From NCBI GenBank assembly GCA_049581565.1, contig JBAUSF010000098.1, positions 1 through 45,665 on the forward strand: DNA of 45,665 nucleotides. The letters run 5' to 3'. The translations under genes were made by a program, and so were the position numbers. This document shows positions 1 through 9,344 of this stretch, piece after piece. Origin of the DNA: Acidimicrobiales bacterium. GTDB lineage: Bacteria; Actinomycetota; Acidimicrobiia; Acidimicrobiales; RAAP-2. Under the pieces are notes generated by a model that did no database searches, was not told where the DNA came from, and saw nothing but the letters and a program-made list of their open reading frames with translations. Each line of letters starts with the position of its first letter. Positions within the stretch are counted from its first letter, which is position 1.

Positions 1-232
1 AGGGATCGAGCCAGTCGAAGTCGAAGAACACGTCAGCCGTCGCCGCGACCGCACGCCACTGCTCAAACTGCTCGGGGCTGAGACTGCGCGGCGGCGCGGA
101 GTGGTCGCAGGCGTATCGCGGCACGGGCAGCAAGTCTGGTCGGTAGTGCACGACGAGGTCGTCATCGTACAATTCGATTCGTTCAACGAGATCTGGTTCG
201 AGATATGAGCCAATCACCACATTGATCGTCAC
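1..232 (-). CDS. D-2-hydroxyacid dehydrogenase family protein, N-terminal part (runs off the window edge)
   Basis: Not in the ORF track; translated by hand from GTG at 232 with a GGAGG SD upstream: MTINVVIGSYLEPDLVERIELYDDDLVVHYRPDLLPVPRYACDHSAPPRSLSPEQFEQWRAVAATADVFFDFDWLDP. The PDLLPVPRY..DH and FDFDW segments resemble N-termini of this family; the NAD-binding motif is outside the window. Confidence 0.65.
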   Translation of the reverse strand, partial: MTINVVIGSYLEPDLVERIELYDDDLVVHYRPDLLPVPRYACDHSAPPRSLSPEQFEQWRAVAATADVFFDFDWLDP

Positions 233-360
233 GCGGGTTCACCCTCCATCGCCTCAGTGGCGTCGATCTCGATCAAGAATCCACGCAGTCCCGTCGGATC
301 GGTCGTGGCACGCACCGAAGTTACCAGTCACGTGCAACGAGACTTCCGATGAGCCATCGC

Positions 361-1050
361 TTACGTTCGCGCCGCCCAGATCTTCTGGATCACCGCGTCA
401 AAGCGCGCGACGGCGTGACGCGTGCGGTGTCCCCACCAGAAGAGGTCCTTCCCATCGACAAAGAACGTGGGCGCCACGGACTCGAGCTCCGCCAGTTGGC
501 GAACGCTAAAGGGATAGGGCTCGCTCGGAGCGAGCACGACTTCGGGGTGTCGTTCTCGGACTTCGTCGAGATCGTCGACCCTCGGGTACGGTCCGTCGCC
601 TTCGTAGGCGTTCTCGACGCCCACGTGAGCAAGCAGCGAAGTGCCGTAAGTCGGAGCGCCGAGCGCCATCCAGGGGTGTCGCCAGATGGGCACGAAGGCG
701 CGAAGGCGTCGGTTCGCGGGTTCACCCAGCTCGATCGCCCGCCACCTGACCCCCACACGGCGAGCCAGTTCTTCCATGTACGGGTTCACGTCAAAGAGCG
801 AGCAGACGTGCAGCGCACACACGTCGAGACCGTGCGCAACGAGTGCGTCGAAGTCCTCTCGACGGTTCTCCTCTTCGTCCATGACGACCAGGTCGGGATC
901 CAGCTCTACGATGCGCGCGACGTCGGGATCCTTCGTGCCACCCACGTGCTCGAGGTCGGGACGTTCACAGAACCTGGTGCAGGCGATCGGCACCCGGTCC
1001 CAGGCGGTCAGCGTCTCGGTTACCGACGGGACGAGGCTAACGATCCTCAT
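361..1050 (-). CDS. Helical-backbone metal receptor (BtuF-like cobalamin/Fe substrate-binding family), no signal peptide
   Basis: MRIVSLVPSVTE start, TRFC, VGGTKDPD, EENRRED, PSEPYPF, VDGKDLFWWG motifs. Confidence 0.85.
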   Translation of the reverse strand: MRIVSLVPSVTETLTAWDRVPIACTRFCERPDLEHVGGTKDPDVARIVELDPDLVVMDEEENRREDFDALVAHGLDVCALHVCSLFDVNPYMEELARRVGVRWRAIELGEPANRRLRAFVPIWRHPWMALGAPTYGTSLLAHVGVENAYEGDGPYPRVDDLDEVRERHPEVVLAPSEPYPFSVRQLAELESVAPTFFVDGKDLFWWGHRTRHAVARFDAVIQKIWAART

Positions 1051-1080
1051 GTTCCCATCATGGACGAGGAATCGCTGTCG

Positions 1081-2529
1081 CTACAGATTCCTCTCGAACT
1101 CTTCCAGCACGGCGACCCGGTCTTCTTTCGCGGGCATTTCGTAGTAGGGGTTCTTCTTGGCCCAGTAGTAGAACATCGGGATGAGCCCGAGCGCCATCGC
1201 CCCGAGGCCCACCCAAAGGGTCGCGGAATTCGAGTTGGGAACGGACTTTATGAACATGTAGGCCATGAACAGCGCTCCAACCAGGGGCCAGAGGCCCATG
1301 AAGATGAAGTTCGACGCTGAGCGCAGCAGTTGGCGACGGTAGAGCGCCACCACCGCGAGGCCCGCAAGGCAGTAGTAGATGCAGATCTGCAGACCAATGG
1401 CGTTGATCGCGTCGCTGAGGATTGATTCGATCGAGCCGAAGGACTGGGCGCCCACGAAGAGACCGAGCGAGATCACGGTCACGACGCCGGTCGCGACGAG
1501 AGGCGTGTGACGCTTGCTGTGGACCGTGCCGAGGATCTTGGGCAGCGTGTTGTCTCGGCCCATTGCGAACAAGGTGCGCGTCACCTGGATGAGTGTTGTC
1601 TCTAACGTTGCGATGGTCGACAGCACGACCGCCAGCACGATGAACTTGCCTCCCGTACCGCGCCACACCTCCTGGCCGAGCACGCTCAGCACGTCAGCGG
1701 GGTTGTTGTTGATCTGGCTGGTGGTCAAGACCATGTTGGTTGCAATCGTGAAGACTTCGAACAGCGCGAACACCACGAGAATGCCAATGATGGCGCCTCT
1801 ACCCGGCGTTTTCTTTGCGCTCTTCGTCTCCTCATTGAGGTTGGCCGTGACGTCCCACCCCCAGTAGTAGAAGGCGGCAACGAGGGCACCCGCGACGAAT
1901 CCCTTTTGACCGTGGAAGATGCCCGGCGAGAACCAGTGCCAGGAGAACGAGTGGACGTGGTGGCCATGAAAAATGGCCAGCGCGGCAAAAAGCAGCAGCA
2001 CGAACAGTTCCACGCACGACATCACGATCTGCACGGTGACGGTGATCGTGATACCCGCCGCCACCGCCGCGACCATCAGGAGGAAGAAGACGGCGCCGAC
2101 CAGCGTGACTTCGGCCTTGTTGTTCGCGGCCGCGGTCGAAAAGAGACCGAGAATGTACGATCCCGCGGGAACCGTGGCGGCCACCATGAAGATGAGCGCC
2201 GACACGATGAGGGCCCAGCCCGAGAGGAATCCGAGCACGGGGTGAAGCGCCCGGCGCACCCAGGAGTAGCTCGCCCCGGCATTCGCCTCGACGCGGCCGA
2301 GGTAGCTGAAGGCGAACACGATGCCGAACATCGCGATGCCGCAGTAGAGAAGGGCGGCCGCGCCACCGAGCAGCACCGCACCAAACAAGACGGCGGTCGA
2401 TGCCGCCAGCGAGTACGCGGGAGCTACACCCGCGACGCCCATAATCACCGAGTCGAAGAGTCCAAGAACCCCGGCACGCAGGCTGTGCTGCGGCGTGGTC
2501 GACTCGGGGACGTCCAAGGTTTCGGTCAT
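1081..2529 (-). CDS. APC-family amino acid/polyamine permease
   Basis: About 12 hydrophobic helices, GVAPAYS in TM1, YYWGWD in TM6, EETK.AKKT loop. Start moved to ATG 2529, preceded by an AAAGGAG SD. Confidence 0.9.
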   Translation of the reverse strand: MTETLDVPESTTPQHSLRAGVLGLFDSVIMGVAGVAPAYSLAASTAVLFGAVLLGGAAALLYCGIAMFGIVFAFSYLGRVEANAGASYSWVRRALHPVLGFLSGWALIVSALIFMVAATVPAGSYILGLFSTAAANNKAEVTLVGAVFFLLMVAAVAAGITITVTVQIVMSCVELFVLLLFAALAIFHGHHVHSFSWHWFSPGIFHGQKGFVAGALVAAFYYWGWDVTANLNEETKSAKKTPGRGAIIGILVVFALFEVFTIATNMVLTTSQINNNPADVLSVLGQEVWRGTGGKFIVLAVVLSTIATLETTLIQVTRTLFAMGRDNTLPKILGTVHSKRHTPLVATGVVTVISLGLFVGAQSFGSIESILSDAINAIGLQICIYYCLAGLAVVALYRRQLLRSASNFIFMGLWPLVGALFMAYMFIKSVPNSNSATLWVGLGAMALGLIPMFYYWAKKNPYYEMPAKEDRVAVLEEFERNL

Positions 2530-2734
2530 GGCTACTGCACTCCTTTGTGGGTTATCACCTTCAGTAAAAATTGGGGTCCTGCAATGTAACACGAGTCGAA
2601 CAGGTTCCTTCGACCAATTTCAGCCATACCTCAAAAGCCCACTTCCGAATGTTCTCCGCCACCCGAGACCACTCGCCAGAAAGGGCGTCGCGACCAAAAA
2701 GGTAACGTGGTAGGGGTGACGGTTCACGCACGAT

Positions 2735-4516
2735 TTGCTGAGGCGTCGCGGGTGCATTCGTCGTGAACAGGCCGAGTATCTCGGTGCCCGTAGAGAGAGA
2801 ATTCTGAACTTGCCACTCCTGCAACGTTTCGACGATGACGCGATGCCGCCGCTTTCGCCAGAGGAGCTGAAGGAGCGCTGGGTAGCCTTTCATCGCGAGA
2901 TCCGTCGGATGGCGGGAACCCGCCTCCAGCGAGTCGCCGGTCGCATGCTGGGCGAAGACACTCGCCGGTACCGTGTCGCCCGATTCATCTTCCGCCCGGC
3001 GCTCCAGGCTTGGCGCAACATCAGAAAGATCGAAAAGAAGAAGGGTCCGCTCGTCTCGGCGGCGAACGCTCCGGTGATCTACCCGGTCAACTACCGCCCC
3101 CGCGTCATCGATTACGAACTCGAACTGGCGGCACTCGACGTCGATCTGTCCGACGTCAACGTCGTCGAGGTCGACGAGGAGGCGTCTGACCCGAGCGACT
3201 TCGTCGCCGTCCTCAACAACACGCTCAACGAAACGACTGCCGAGTGGCTCTTCCTCTGCGACGTTTCCACTTCCGCCGAGAGTCGGCGATTCACGCTCGC
3301 GAAGCTGCTCGCTCACGCGACGCCAGAGCACGACGTCATCTTCGCCGACGAAGCCGGAGTGAATCAGTTCGCCCCGATGCTGAAGAGTCCGGCAATTGGT
3401 CCACACACGTTGCTGAGCTATAACGTCGTCGGTCGACCCGCTCTCGTGCGCGTCGAAACGCTGTTTGCGGCCGGAGGCTTCTCACTAGACGCTGGATGGG
3501 CCTATGAGCATGACGCGTATCTGCGCTTGAGCGAGGCGAGGGCGCGATTTCGCCACGTTCCGCGCGTGCTCCCAGCCGGACGGCCCGAGCGACACTTCGA
3601 TCCTTTTCGCCTGAACGACGACACGTGCCGCGTCGTCCGGGCTGCGCTCGATCGCCGTGGATGGTCCGGTTCGGTCGCGCCGGGGGCGCTACCGGGCCTT
3701 GTCGAATGGAGACTCGAAGCTCCCTCCCCAGCGCCCTCCATCGACATCATCATTCCCACCCGCGACCGGATTGATCTCGTTCGCCGATGCATCGATTCGA
3801 TCGAAGAGAAGACGACCTATCCCAACTACGACGTCATTATCTTGGACAACGATTCGGTGGAGCCTGCGTCGCTCGACTACTTCAACGAAACCAGCTACGC
3901 CGTCGTTCCCTGCCCGGGCCCCTTCAACTACGCCAAGATCGTCAATCGAGGCGTCAACCACTCGAGTGCCGATTACGTGGTCACGCTCAACAACGACACG
4001 ATCATCGACACGCCCGACTGGCTTGAACAGATGATCTCGCTCGCCTCGCTCGACGACGTCGGCATCGTCGGGGCCTGTCTTCTCGATCAGGACGGGCACC
4101 GCGAACACGAGAGCATCGTGATCTCGCCGTATCCCCAGCACCTGCGCACTGACTCCAACTATCCCCACGTCGACTACTTCTCCCTCGCCACGAAGGACGT
4201 GGCGGCGGTGACCGGAGCCGTACAGATGGCTCGGCGCGACTTTTGGCAGTCGCTCGGCGGGATGGACGAGCAGTTGAAGGTGGTCATGAATGACGTCGAC
4301 ATCTGCCTGCGCAGCCTGATGGTGGACCGCTACGTCGTGTACATGCCAAACGTCAAGATCTTTCACCACGTCGGTTCCTCGCGCGGTGACCTCGACCCGC
4401 TCGACGACCGAAATCGATTCATTCGTCGCTGGGACATCTTTGGCACGTTTCGCGACCCATTCTTTCCCGAGTCACTCATTCTGCTCGGTGAAAAGATGTA
4501 CTTCATCGTCCGATGA
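2735..4516 (+). CDS. Glycosyltransferase family 2 with two GT-A modules (first appears degenerate); start uncertain, possibly ATG 2843
   Basis: C-terminal module has IIIPTRD, LDNDS, FNYAKIVNRG, LNNDT, AVTGA and NDVDICLR. The N-terminal module retains IFADE and YEHDAYLR but has no clear DxD. Confidence 0.85.
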   Translation: MLRRRGCIRREQAEYLGARRERILNLPLLQRFDDDAMPPLSPEELKERWVAFHREIRRMAGTRLQRVAGRMLGEDTRRYRVARFIFRPALQAWRNIRKIEKKKGPLVSAANAPVIYPVNYRPRVIDYELELAALDVDLSDVNVVEVDEEASDPSDFVAVLNNTLNETTAEWLFLCDVSTSAESRRFTLAKLLAHATPEHDVIFADEAGVNQFAPMLKSPAIGPHTLLSYNVVGRPALVRVETLFAAGGFSLDAGWAYEHDAYLRLSEARARFRHVPRVLPAGRPERHFDPFRLNDDTCRVVRAALDRRGWSGSVAPGALPGLVEWRLEAPSPAPSIDIIIPTRDRIDLVRRCIDSIEEKTTYPNYDVIILDNDSVEPASLDYFNETSYAVVPCPGPFNYAKIVNRGVNHSSADYVVTLNNDTIIDTPDWLEQMISLASLDDVGIVGACLLDQDGHREHESIVISPYPQHLRTDSNYPHVDYFSLATKDVAAVTGAVQMARRDFWQSLGGMDEQLKVVMNDVDICLRSLMVDRYVVYMPNVKIFHHVGSSRGDLDPLDDRNRFIRRWDIFGTFRDPFFPESLILLGEKMYFIVR

Positions 4517-4558
4517 ACCTAACCACGTCCGACTACTCGGCCCTTGTAGCCTAAGAAA

Positions 4559-6823
4559 GTGCGTTTGACCGGTGACCGATTGATCACGTTCTATCGACGG
4601 TTGCCTCCTTCAGCAGTCGCCATTTCGCTCATCGTCATCATCGTGTTGTTGGCAAACGGGATGTACGTCTTCGGGTTTGCAAACAACGACCCGATCTCGT
4701 GGACGGCCGGCATTTCACACCACCTCTGCCGGCTGACGTGCGGAAGGCCCGCGATCGACCCGAACGTCGGCTTCATTACTCAGACGCTCGGCCATCAGGC
4801 CGCGATGGACCTTCTACACGGCCACATCCCATGGTGGAACTACTTCCAGGGTCTCGGCCAACCCCTCGCCGGAGAAATGCAGGCGGCGGCGCTCTTTCCT
4901 CTTACGCTCCTTTTCGCACTACCCGCGGGTCTGGTCTGGTTCCACATCGTGCTTGAGGTCATCGCCGGCATCTCGACGTATTTCCTCGCTCGGCGGCTGT
5001 CGCTGCCGATCTTCTTCGCCACGCTGGCGGGAATGCTGTTCGCACTAAACGGCACCTTTGCGTGGCTCGGCAATGCCGTCTTGAACCCCGTCGCATTTCT
5101 TCCAATGCTCGTCCTCGGTGTCGAGATGATCCTCGACAGCTCTTCGAGCTCGACCAAGCGGGGCTGGTACATCGCCGCGATCGCGCTCGCATTGTCCCTG
5201 TACGCCGGATTCCCGGAGGTGGCCTACATGGACGGTCTGTTCGCCGGGGTCTGGGCGATCGTGCGGCTCTTTCAGGTACCCCGGCTTCAACGCCCGCGCG
5301 CCCTTCGCCGACTCGGCCTCGGCGGGGTCATGGGTGTCATCCTTGCACTGCCCGTGCTCATCCCCTTCGATGACTATTTGAAGGTGGCCTTCGTCGGCGG
5401 GCACACTGCCGCCGTCGATGGCGCCTTGCGCTTGCCTCCCGAATCACTGGCCACATTTTTCGATCCCTACGTCTTTGGCACGATTTTTTCCAATACGGTC
5501 GTCGATTCGATGTGGGGCGAGATCGGAGGCTATTTCGGCGCGGGAATATGCGTACTCGCGCTCGTAGGACTCTTCGGCCCAAAGCTTCGCTCCCTGCGAA
5601 TCTTCCTCGGGATATGGACGGCGGTCGCGGTCGCGGGGGCGTTCGACTGGCTCGGATTTCGACGCCTTTGGAATCTGATTCCCCTCGTCGACACGTCCTC
5701 CTACCCCCGCTACGTGATGGCGAGCTGCGAGCTGGCCATCGTTGTGCTCGCGGTCCTCGGCCTCTACGACTTCACGCTGAGCACTCGAGCTAAGCGTCTC
5801 TTCACCACCGCCGGGATCTTCATGGTGCTGTTGCTGCTCTGGTGCGTCAACGAAGCGCGACCCTACAACAAAGGGACGACGTTTGGATCCTCGAAGATCC
5901 ACATCGTCTTCATCGGCTTGCAACTCTTGCCCTTCATCGCCCTGTTCTTGCTGCTCGTGCTAGGCCGCCTCCATCGCTTTCGCTGGGCCCCGTTTGTCAT
6001 CGCCCTCGTCATCGTGGGAGAGTCCCTCCTCTACTTCTTCGTGCCCACGGCCGAATCGCCAAAGCAGATCACAATCGATTATGCGCCGATCCACTTTCTC
6101 CAAACGAACCAGGGCGAGGAGCGCTTCCTTGACTTCGCCGTTCTCTATCCAAACTGGGGCACGGAGTTTGGGATCAACGAGCTCAGCGACCTCGACCTTC
6201 CCTTTCCCCGCTCATTCAAGAACATGCTCGAGAACCAACTCGACCCAGGGCTTACACCGGGCAACCAGTTCGTCGTGAAGGGCGGCATGATCGGCGTCGA
6301 GCATCTCGAATACGAGCTCGCGCAACACTTCAAGGTCTACGAGGACGCCTCCGTCAAGTACTTGCTCATTCCGAGCTCGGTCGTGCTGTCGGCGAGACTC
6401 GTCAAGCTCGGCGTCACGCAGGTCTTCCGAGATTCGCTCGCCACGATCTACGAGCTGCCACACCCGCGCTCCTTCTTCTCCACAGCCAATTCGACCTGCA
6501 CGATCACGAGCACGAGCGACGACGAAGCGACCGTTGATTGTCCGCGTCCCACGAAGCTCTTGCGCACGGAGCTGTCGATGAAGGGCTGGCGAGCGTACGT
6601 CAACGGCAAACAAGAGACCATCGTCACGAGAGATCACGTCTATCAGCAGATCTCGGTACCGGCGGGCACGTCGACCGTGACCTACTCGTTCTCGCCTCCC
6701 CACGCCCGTGACGCGCTCATCGTGGGCGCGCTCGGGGGACTCTTTCTCATCGGATCGTTCGTGAACGAGCGCTATCCCTTCGTACCGACGAGACGGCGCC
6801 CGAAGCACCGCAGTCGGGACTAA
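4559..6823 (+). CDS. YfhO-like polytopic membrane protein (GT-C-type glycosyltransferase candidate)
   Basis: HIPWWNYFQGLGQPL motif after TM1, about 13 TMs, extracytoplasmic domain ending GWRAYVNGK...VPAGTSTVTYSF plus a terminal TM, typical of YfhO. Confidence 0.8.
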   Translation: MRLTGDRLITFYRRLPPSAVAISLIVIIVLLANGMYVFGFANNDPISWTAGISHHLCRLTCGRPAIDPNVGFITQTLGHQAAMDLLHGHIPWWNYFQGLGQPLAGEMQAAALFPLTLLFALPAGLVWFHIVLEVIAGISTYFLARRLSLPIFFATLAGMLFALNGTFAWLGNAVLNPVAFLPMLVLGVEMILDSSSSSTKRGWYIAAIALALSLYAGFPEVAYMDGLFAGVWAIVRLFQVPRLQRPRALRRLGLGGVMGVILALPVLIPFDDYLKVAFVGGHTAAVDGALRLPPESLATFFDPYVFGTIFSNTVVDSMWGEIGGYFGAGICVLALVGLFGPKLRSLRIFLGIWTAVAVAGAFDWLGFRRLWNLIPLVDTSSYPRYVMASCELAIVVLAVLGLYDFTLSTRAKRLFTTAGIFMVLLLLWCVNEARPYNKGTTFGSSKIHIVFIGLQLLPFIALFLLLVLGRLHRFRWAPFVIALVIVGESLLYFFVPTAESPKQITIDYAPIHFLQTNQGEERFLDFAVLYPNWGTEFGINELSDLDLPFPRSFKNMLENQLDPGLTPGNQFVVKGGMIGVEHLEYELAQHFKVYEDASVKYLLIPSSVVLSARLVKLGVTQVFRDSLATIYELPHPRSFFSTANSTCTITSTSDDEATVDCPRPTKLLRTELSMKGWRAYVNGKQETIVTRDHVYQQISVPAGTSTVTYSFSPPHARDALIVGALGGLFLIGSFVNERYPFVPTRRRPKHRSRD

Positions 6824-6876
6824 CTGCTCGACGTAGTCGAGTACGTTGAGAACGAAGAGTCCACGAACGGAGGCCC

Positions 6877-7656
6877 GTGAGCCGCGTCGACGAGATCGAT
6901 CTCACGAAAGTGATGACCAAGGAGGAGTCCGACAAGCGCGTCATCAAGGCCCAGCGCCGCTTGACCCAGCTACGACTCTTCAGCGCCGGACTGCTCGAGC
7001 CCAAGGTCGTTGGTTCCGGACTCATCGTGCTCTTCGAAGGCTTCGACGCGGCCGGCAAAGGTGGCGCGATTCGCCGGCTCACGGCAAGCATCGACCCGCG
7101 TCACGTACGCGTGCATCCCGTCGGTCCACCGACCGAGGAGGAGCTCCGCCACCACTTCCTCTGGCGCTTTCAAGAGGTGCTCCCTGGGGTGGGTGAGATG
7201 ACCGTCTTTGACCGCTCGTGGTACGGACGGCTCCTCGTCGAGCGAGTCGAAGGCGAGATCGACGACAAGGTCGCCGAGCGTTCGGCCAAGGAGATCGTCG
7301 AGTTCGAGCGCATGCTCACCAATGACGGCGCCTCGATCGTGAAGTTTTGGCTGCACATCTCTGATCACGAACAGCTGAGGCGCTTCGAGGAGCGACAGAA
7401 CGATCCGCTGAAGCGCTGGAAACTGACGCCGGACGACTGGCGCAATCGAGAAAAGCGCGACGAGTACTTGAAGGCGCTTCGTTACATTATCGACGCGACC
7501 GACGAGAAGCACGCGAGATGGGAACTCATACCCGCCGAGAGCAAGCACTACGCGCGCGTAGCGATTCTCGAGACGCTCATAACCCGATGGGTCCACGACC
7601 TCGAACGCCACGGGCACGAAGTGCCCCCGCCCCAGGGGGGCAACTTCCTCGGCTGA
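6877..7656 (+). CDS. ppk2: Polyphosphate kinase 2 family protein
   Basis: Walker A FEGFDAAGKGG, FDRSWYGRLLVERV, KFWLHIS, PLKRWK; GGAGG SD. Confidence 0.9.
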   Translation: MSRVDEIDLTKVMTKEESDKRVIKAQRRLTQLRLFSAGLLEPKVVGSGLIVLFEGFDAAGKGGAIRRLTASIDPRHVRVHPVGPPTEEELRHHFLWRFQEVLPGVGEMTVFDRSWYGRLLVERVEGEIDDKVAERSAKEIVEFERMLTNDGASIVKFWLHISDHEQLRRFEERQNDPLKRWKLTPDDWRNREKRDEYLKALRYIIDATDEKHARWELIPAESKHYARVAILETLITRWVHDLERHGHEVPPPQGGNFLG

Positions 7657-7691
7657 TCACGCGCGACTCGCCGATCTGGAACACTGAGACA

Positions 7692-8645
7692 ATGACTTCT
7701 CGCTACGGCATCACGGTCCCCTTTGACGGGGTCACCCTCCTCGAACACCGCGACTGGTATCGCCGACTCGCCGACCTCGGATATACCGACGCCTGGTCGG
7801 CCGAAGTGGACGGAGCCGACGGCTTCACGCCACTCACCGTCGCTGCCCTGAGCGAAGCGCGCCTGAACCTCGGCGTCGCGGTGACGCCGGTCTTTACCCG
7901 AGGACCAGGTCTGCTCGCGATGAGCGTCGCCGCGATGGCCGAGGTTGCGGGGGGTCGCTTCACGATGGGGCTCGGCGCCTCCAGTCAGCCCGTAGTCGAG
8001 CGATGGAACGGCATTCGCTACGAGCACCCCTACGCGAGGACCCGCGACGTCTTGCGCTTCCTCAAGCACGCCCTCGACGGCGAAAAGATCGACGAAGCCT
8101 TCGAGACCTTCGAGGTCCACGGCTTCAAGCTGTCGCGCCCGGTCATCGAGCGTCCACCGATCCTGCTCGGCGCGCTTCGTCCGGGGATGCTTCGTCTCGC
8201 GGGCCGTGAGGCGGACGGGGCCATTCTCAACTGGCTCGCCGCAGGTGACGTCGCCCAGTGCCGCGCAGAAGTCGGTGCCGACAAGACCATCGTGGCGCGA
8301 CTGTTCGTCATTCCGACCGGGGACGTCGACACCGCGCGCTTCATTGCTCGACGCATGATCTCGTCGTACCTGACGGTGAACGCCTACGCCGAGTTCCAAC
8401 GCTGGCTCGGCCGGGGTGAGGCCCTCACCCCGATGTGGGAGGCGTGGGCGACCGGGGACCGCAAACTCGCCAACGAGGTCATCCCCGACGCGGTCGTGGA
8501 CGAGCTCACGATTCACGGCTCGTACGAGGCGTGCCGCGAACACATCACGCGCTACATCGAAGCCGGGGTCGAGGTCCCTTCAATCGCGATCGTGCCCTTT
8601 GGGATTGACCTCAAAGAGGCCGTTGCCGGCCTCGCCCCTCGCTAG
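7692..8645 (+). CDS. LLM-class, probably F420-dependent, oxidoreductase
   Basis: GYTDAWSAEV, DGFTPL, GRFTMGLGASS, GALRPGMLRLAGREADG luciferase-like motifs; start moved to ATG 7692. cofD/cofE in the window support F420 use. Confidence 0.85.
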   Translation: MTSRYGITVPFDGVTLLEHRDWYRRLADLGYTDAWSAEVDGADGFTPLTVAALSEARLNLGVAVTPVFTRGPGLLAMSVAAMAEVAGGRFTMGLGASSQPVVERWNGIRYEHPYARTRDVLRFLKHALDGEKIDEAFETFEVHGFKLSRPVIERPPILLGALRPGMLRLAGREADGAILNWLAAGDVAQCRAEVGADKTIVARLFVIPTGDVDTARFIARRMISSYLTVNAYAEFQRWLGRGEALTPMWEAWATGDRKLANEVIPDAVVDELTIHGSYEACREHITRYIEAGVEVPSIAIVPFGIDLKEAVAGLAPR

Positions 8646-8773
8646 ACAGTGAAAAGTCCCACGCCACTCCAGCCCCCTCGTCGAGCCCTACTCTGAGCCG
8701 GGTCGAAACGTCAAAAGACGGCCCGAGTGGTCGACAATGGGACTGATTTACACTATGGACGGATTGGAGTGCC

Positions 8774-9286
8774 ATGGCAAAGAAGAAGAAGTCAAAGAGT
8801 GACGCGAAGGTATTGATCGGCGTGGTCGACACGATGTTCTCGCGCTACGACATGGGTGCGACCGCGCGCCGCGAGCTCGCGAGCTGTCCCGGCTACGGCA
8901 CGACCTTCGAGGTCATCTCGGCGACGGTGCCGGGCTTTAAGGACCTCGCGGTCGCGGCGAAGAACATGATCGAAAAGGAGGGTGCCTCAATCGTGGTCGC
9001 CCTCGGAATGCCGGGCTCCCAGCCGATCGACAAGCAGTGCGCGCACGAGGCCTCCCAGGGCCTCATGATGGCCCAGCTCCTCACCTCGACACCAATCCTC
9101 GAGGTCTTTGTCCACGAAGACGAGTCCGACGACGAAAAGGTGCTCGCGTCGGTGTTCGAGAACCGCTCGCGCGACCACGCTCGTAACGCCTACTGGATGA
9201 TCTTCGAGCCCGAGCAGCTGGCCAAACGTGCCGGCCAGGGCATCCGCCAAGGCTTCGCCAACGCGGGCTCGATCAGAAAGAGCTAA
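8774..9286 (+). CDS. ribC: Riboflavin synthase, archaeal type (lumazine-synthase fold)
   Basis: Collinear with the archaeal enzyme as recalled from Methanocaldococcus: IGVVDTMFSRYDM, TVPGFKDLAVAAK, ALGMPG, DKQCAHEASQGLMMAQL, ILEVFVHEDE, AGQGIRQGF. GGAG SD at 8766-8769. Confidence 0.9.
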   Translation: MAKKKKSKSDAKVLIGVVDTMFSRYDMGATARRELASCPGYGTTFEVISATVPGFKDLAVAAKNMIEKEGASIVVALGMPGSQPIDKQCAHEASQGLMMAQLLTSTPILEVFVHEDESDDEKVLASVFENRSRDHARNAYWMIFEPEQLAKRAGQGIRQGFANAGSIRKS

Positions 9287-9344
9287 TCCGAGGGGCCCGC
9301 CGCGAGTCACTATGCTCGCCTGAGTCGTGTACCTAGGAGGATCA

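Noticed and set aside
2575..2592. GlnR-like box upstream of the APC permease (GTTAC-n6-GGACC on the minus strand)
   Set aside because: Second half-site is poor, and the sequence is equally explained as a TACATT -10.
8646..8773. FMN riboswitch upstream of riboflavin synthase (GTGAAAAGTCCC resembles GTGAAATTCCC)
   Set aside because: The other conserved blocks (ACCGGCGGT, CCGACGG, AGTCCGGATGGGAG) are missing.
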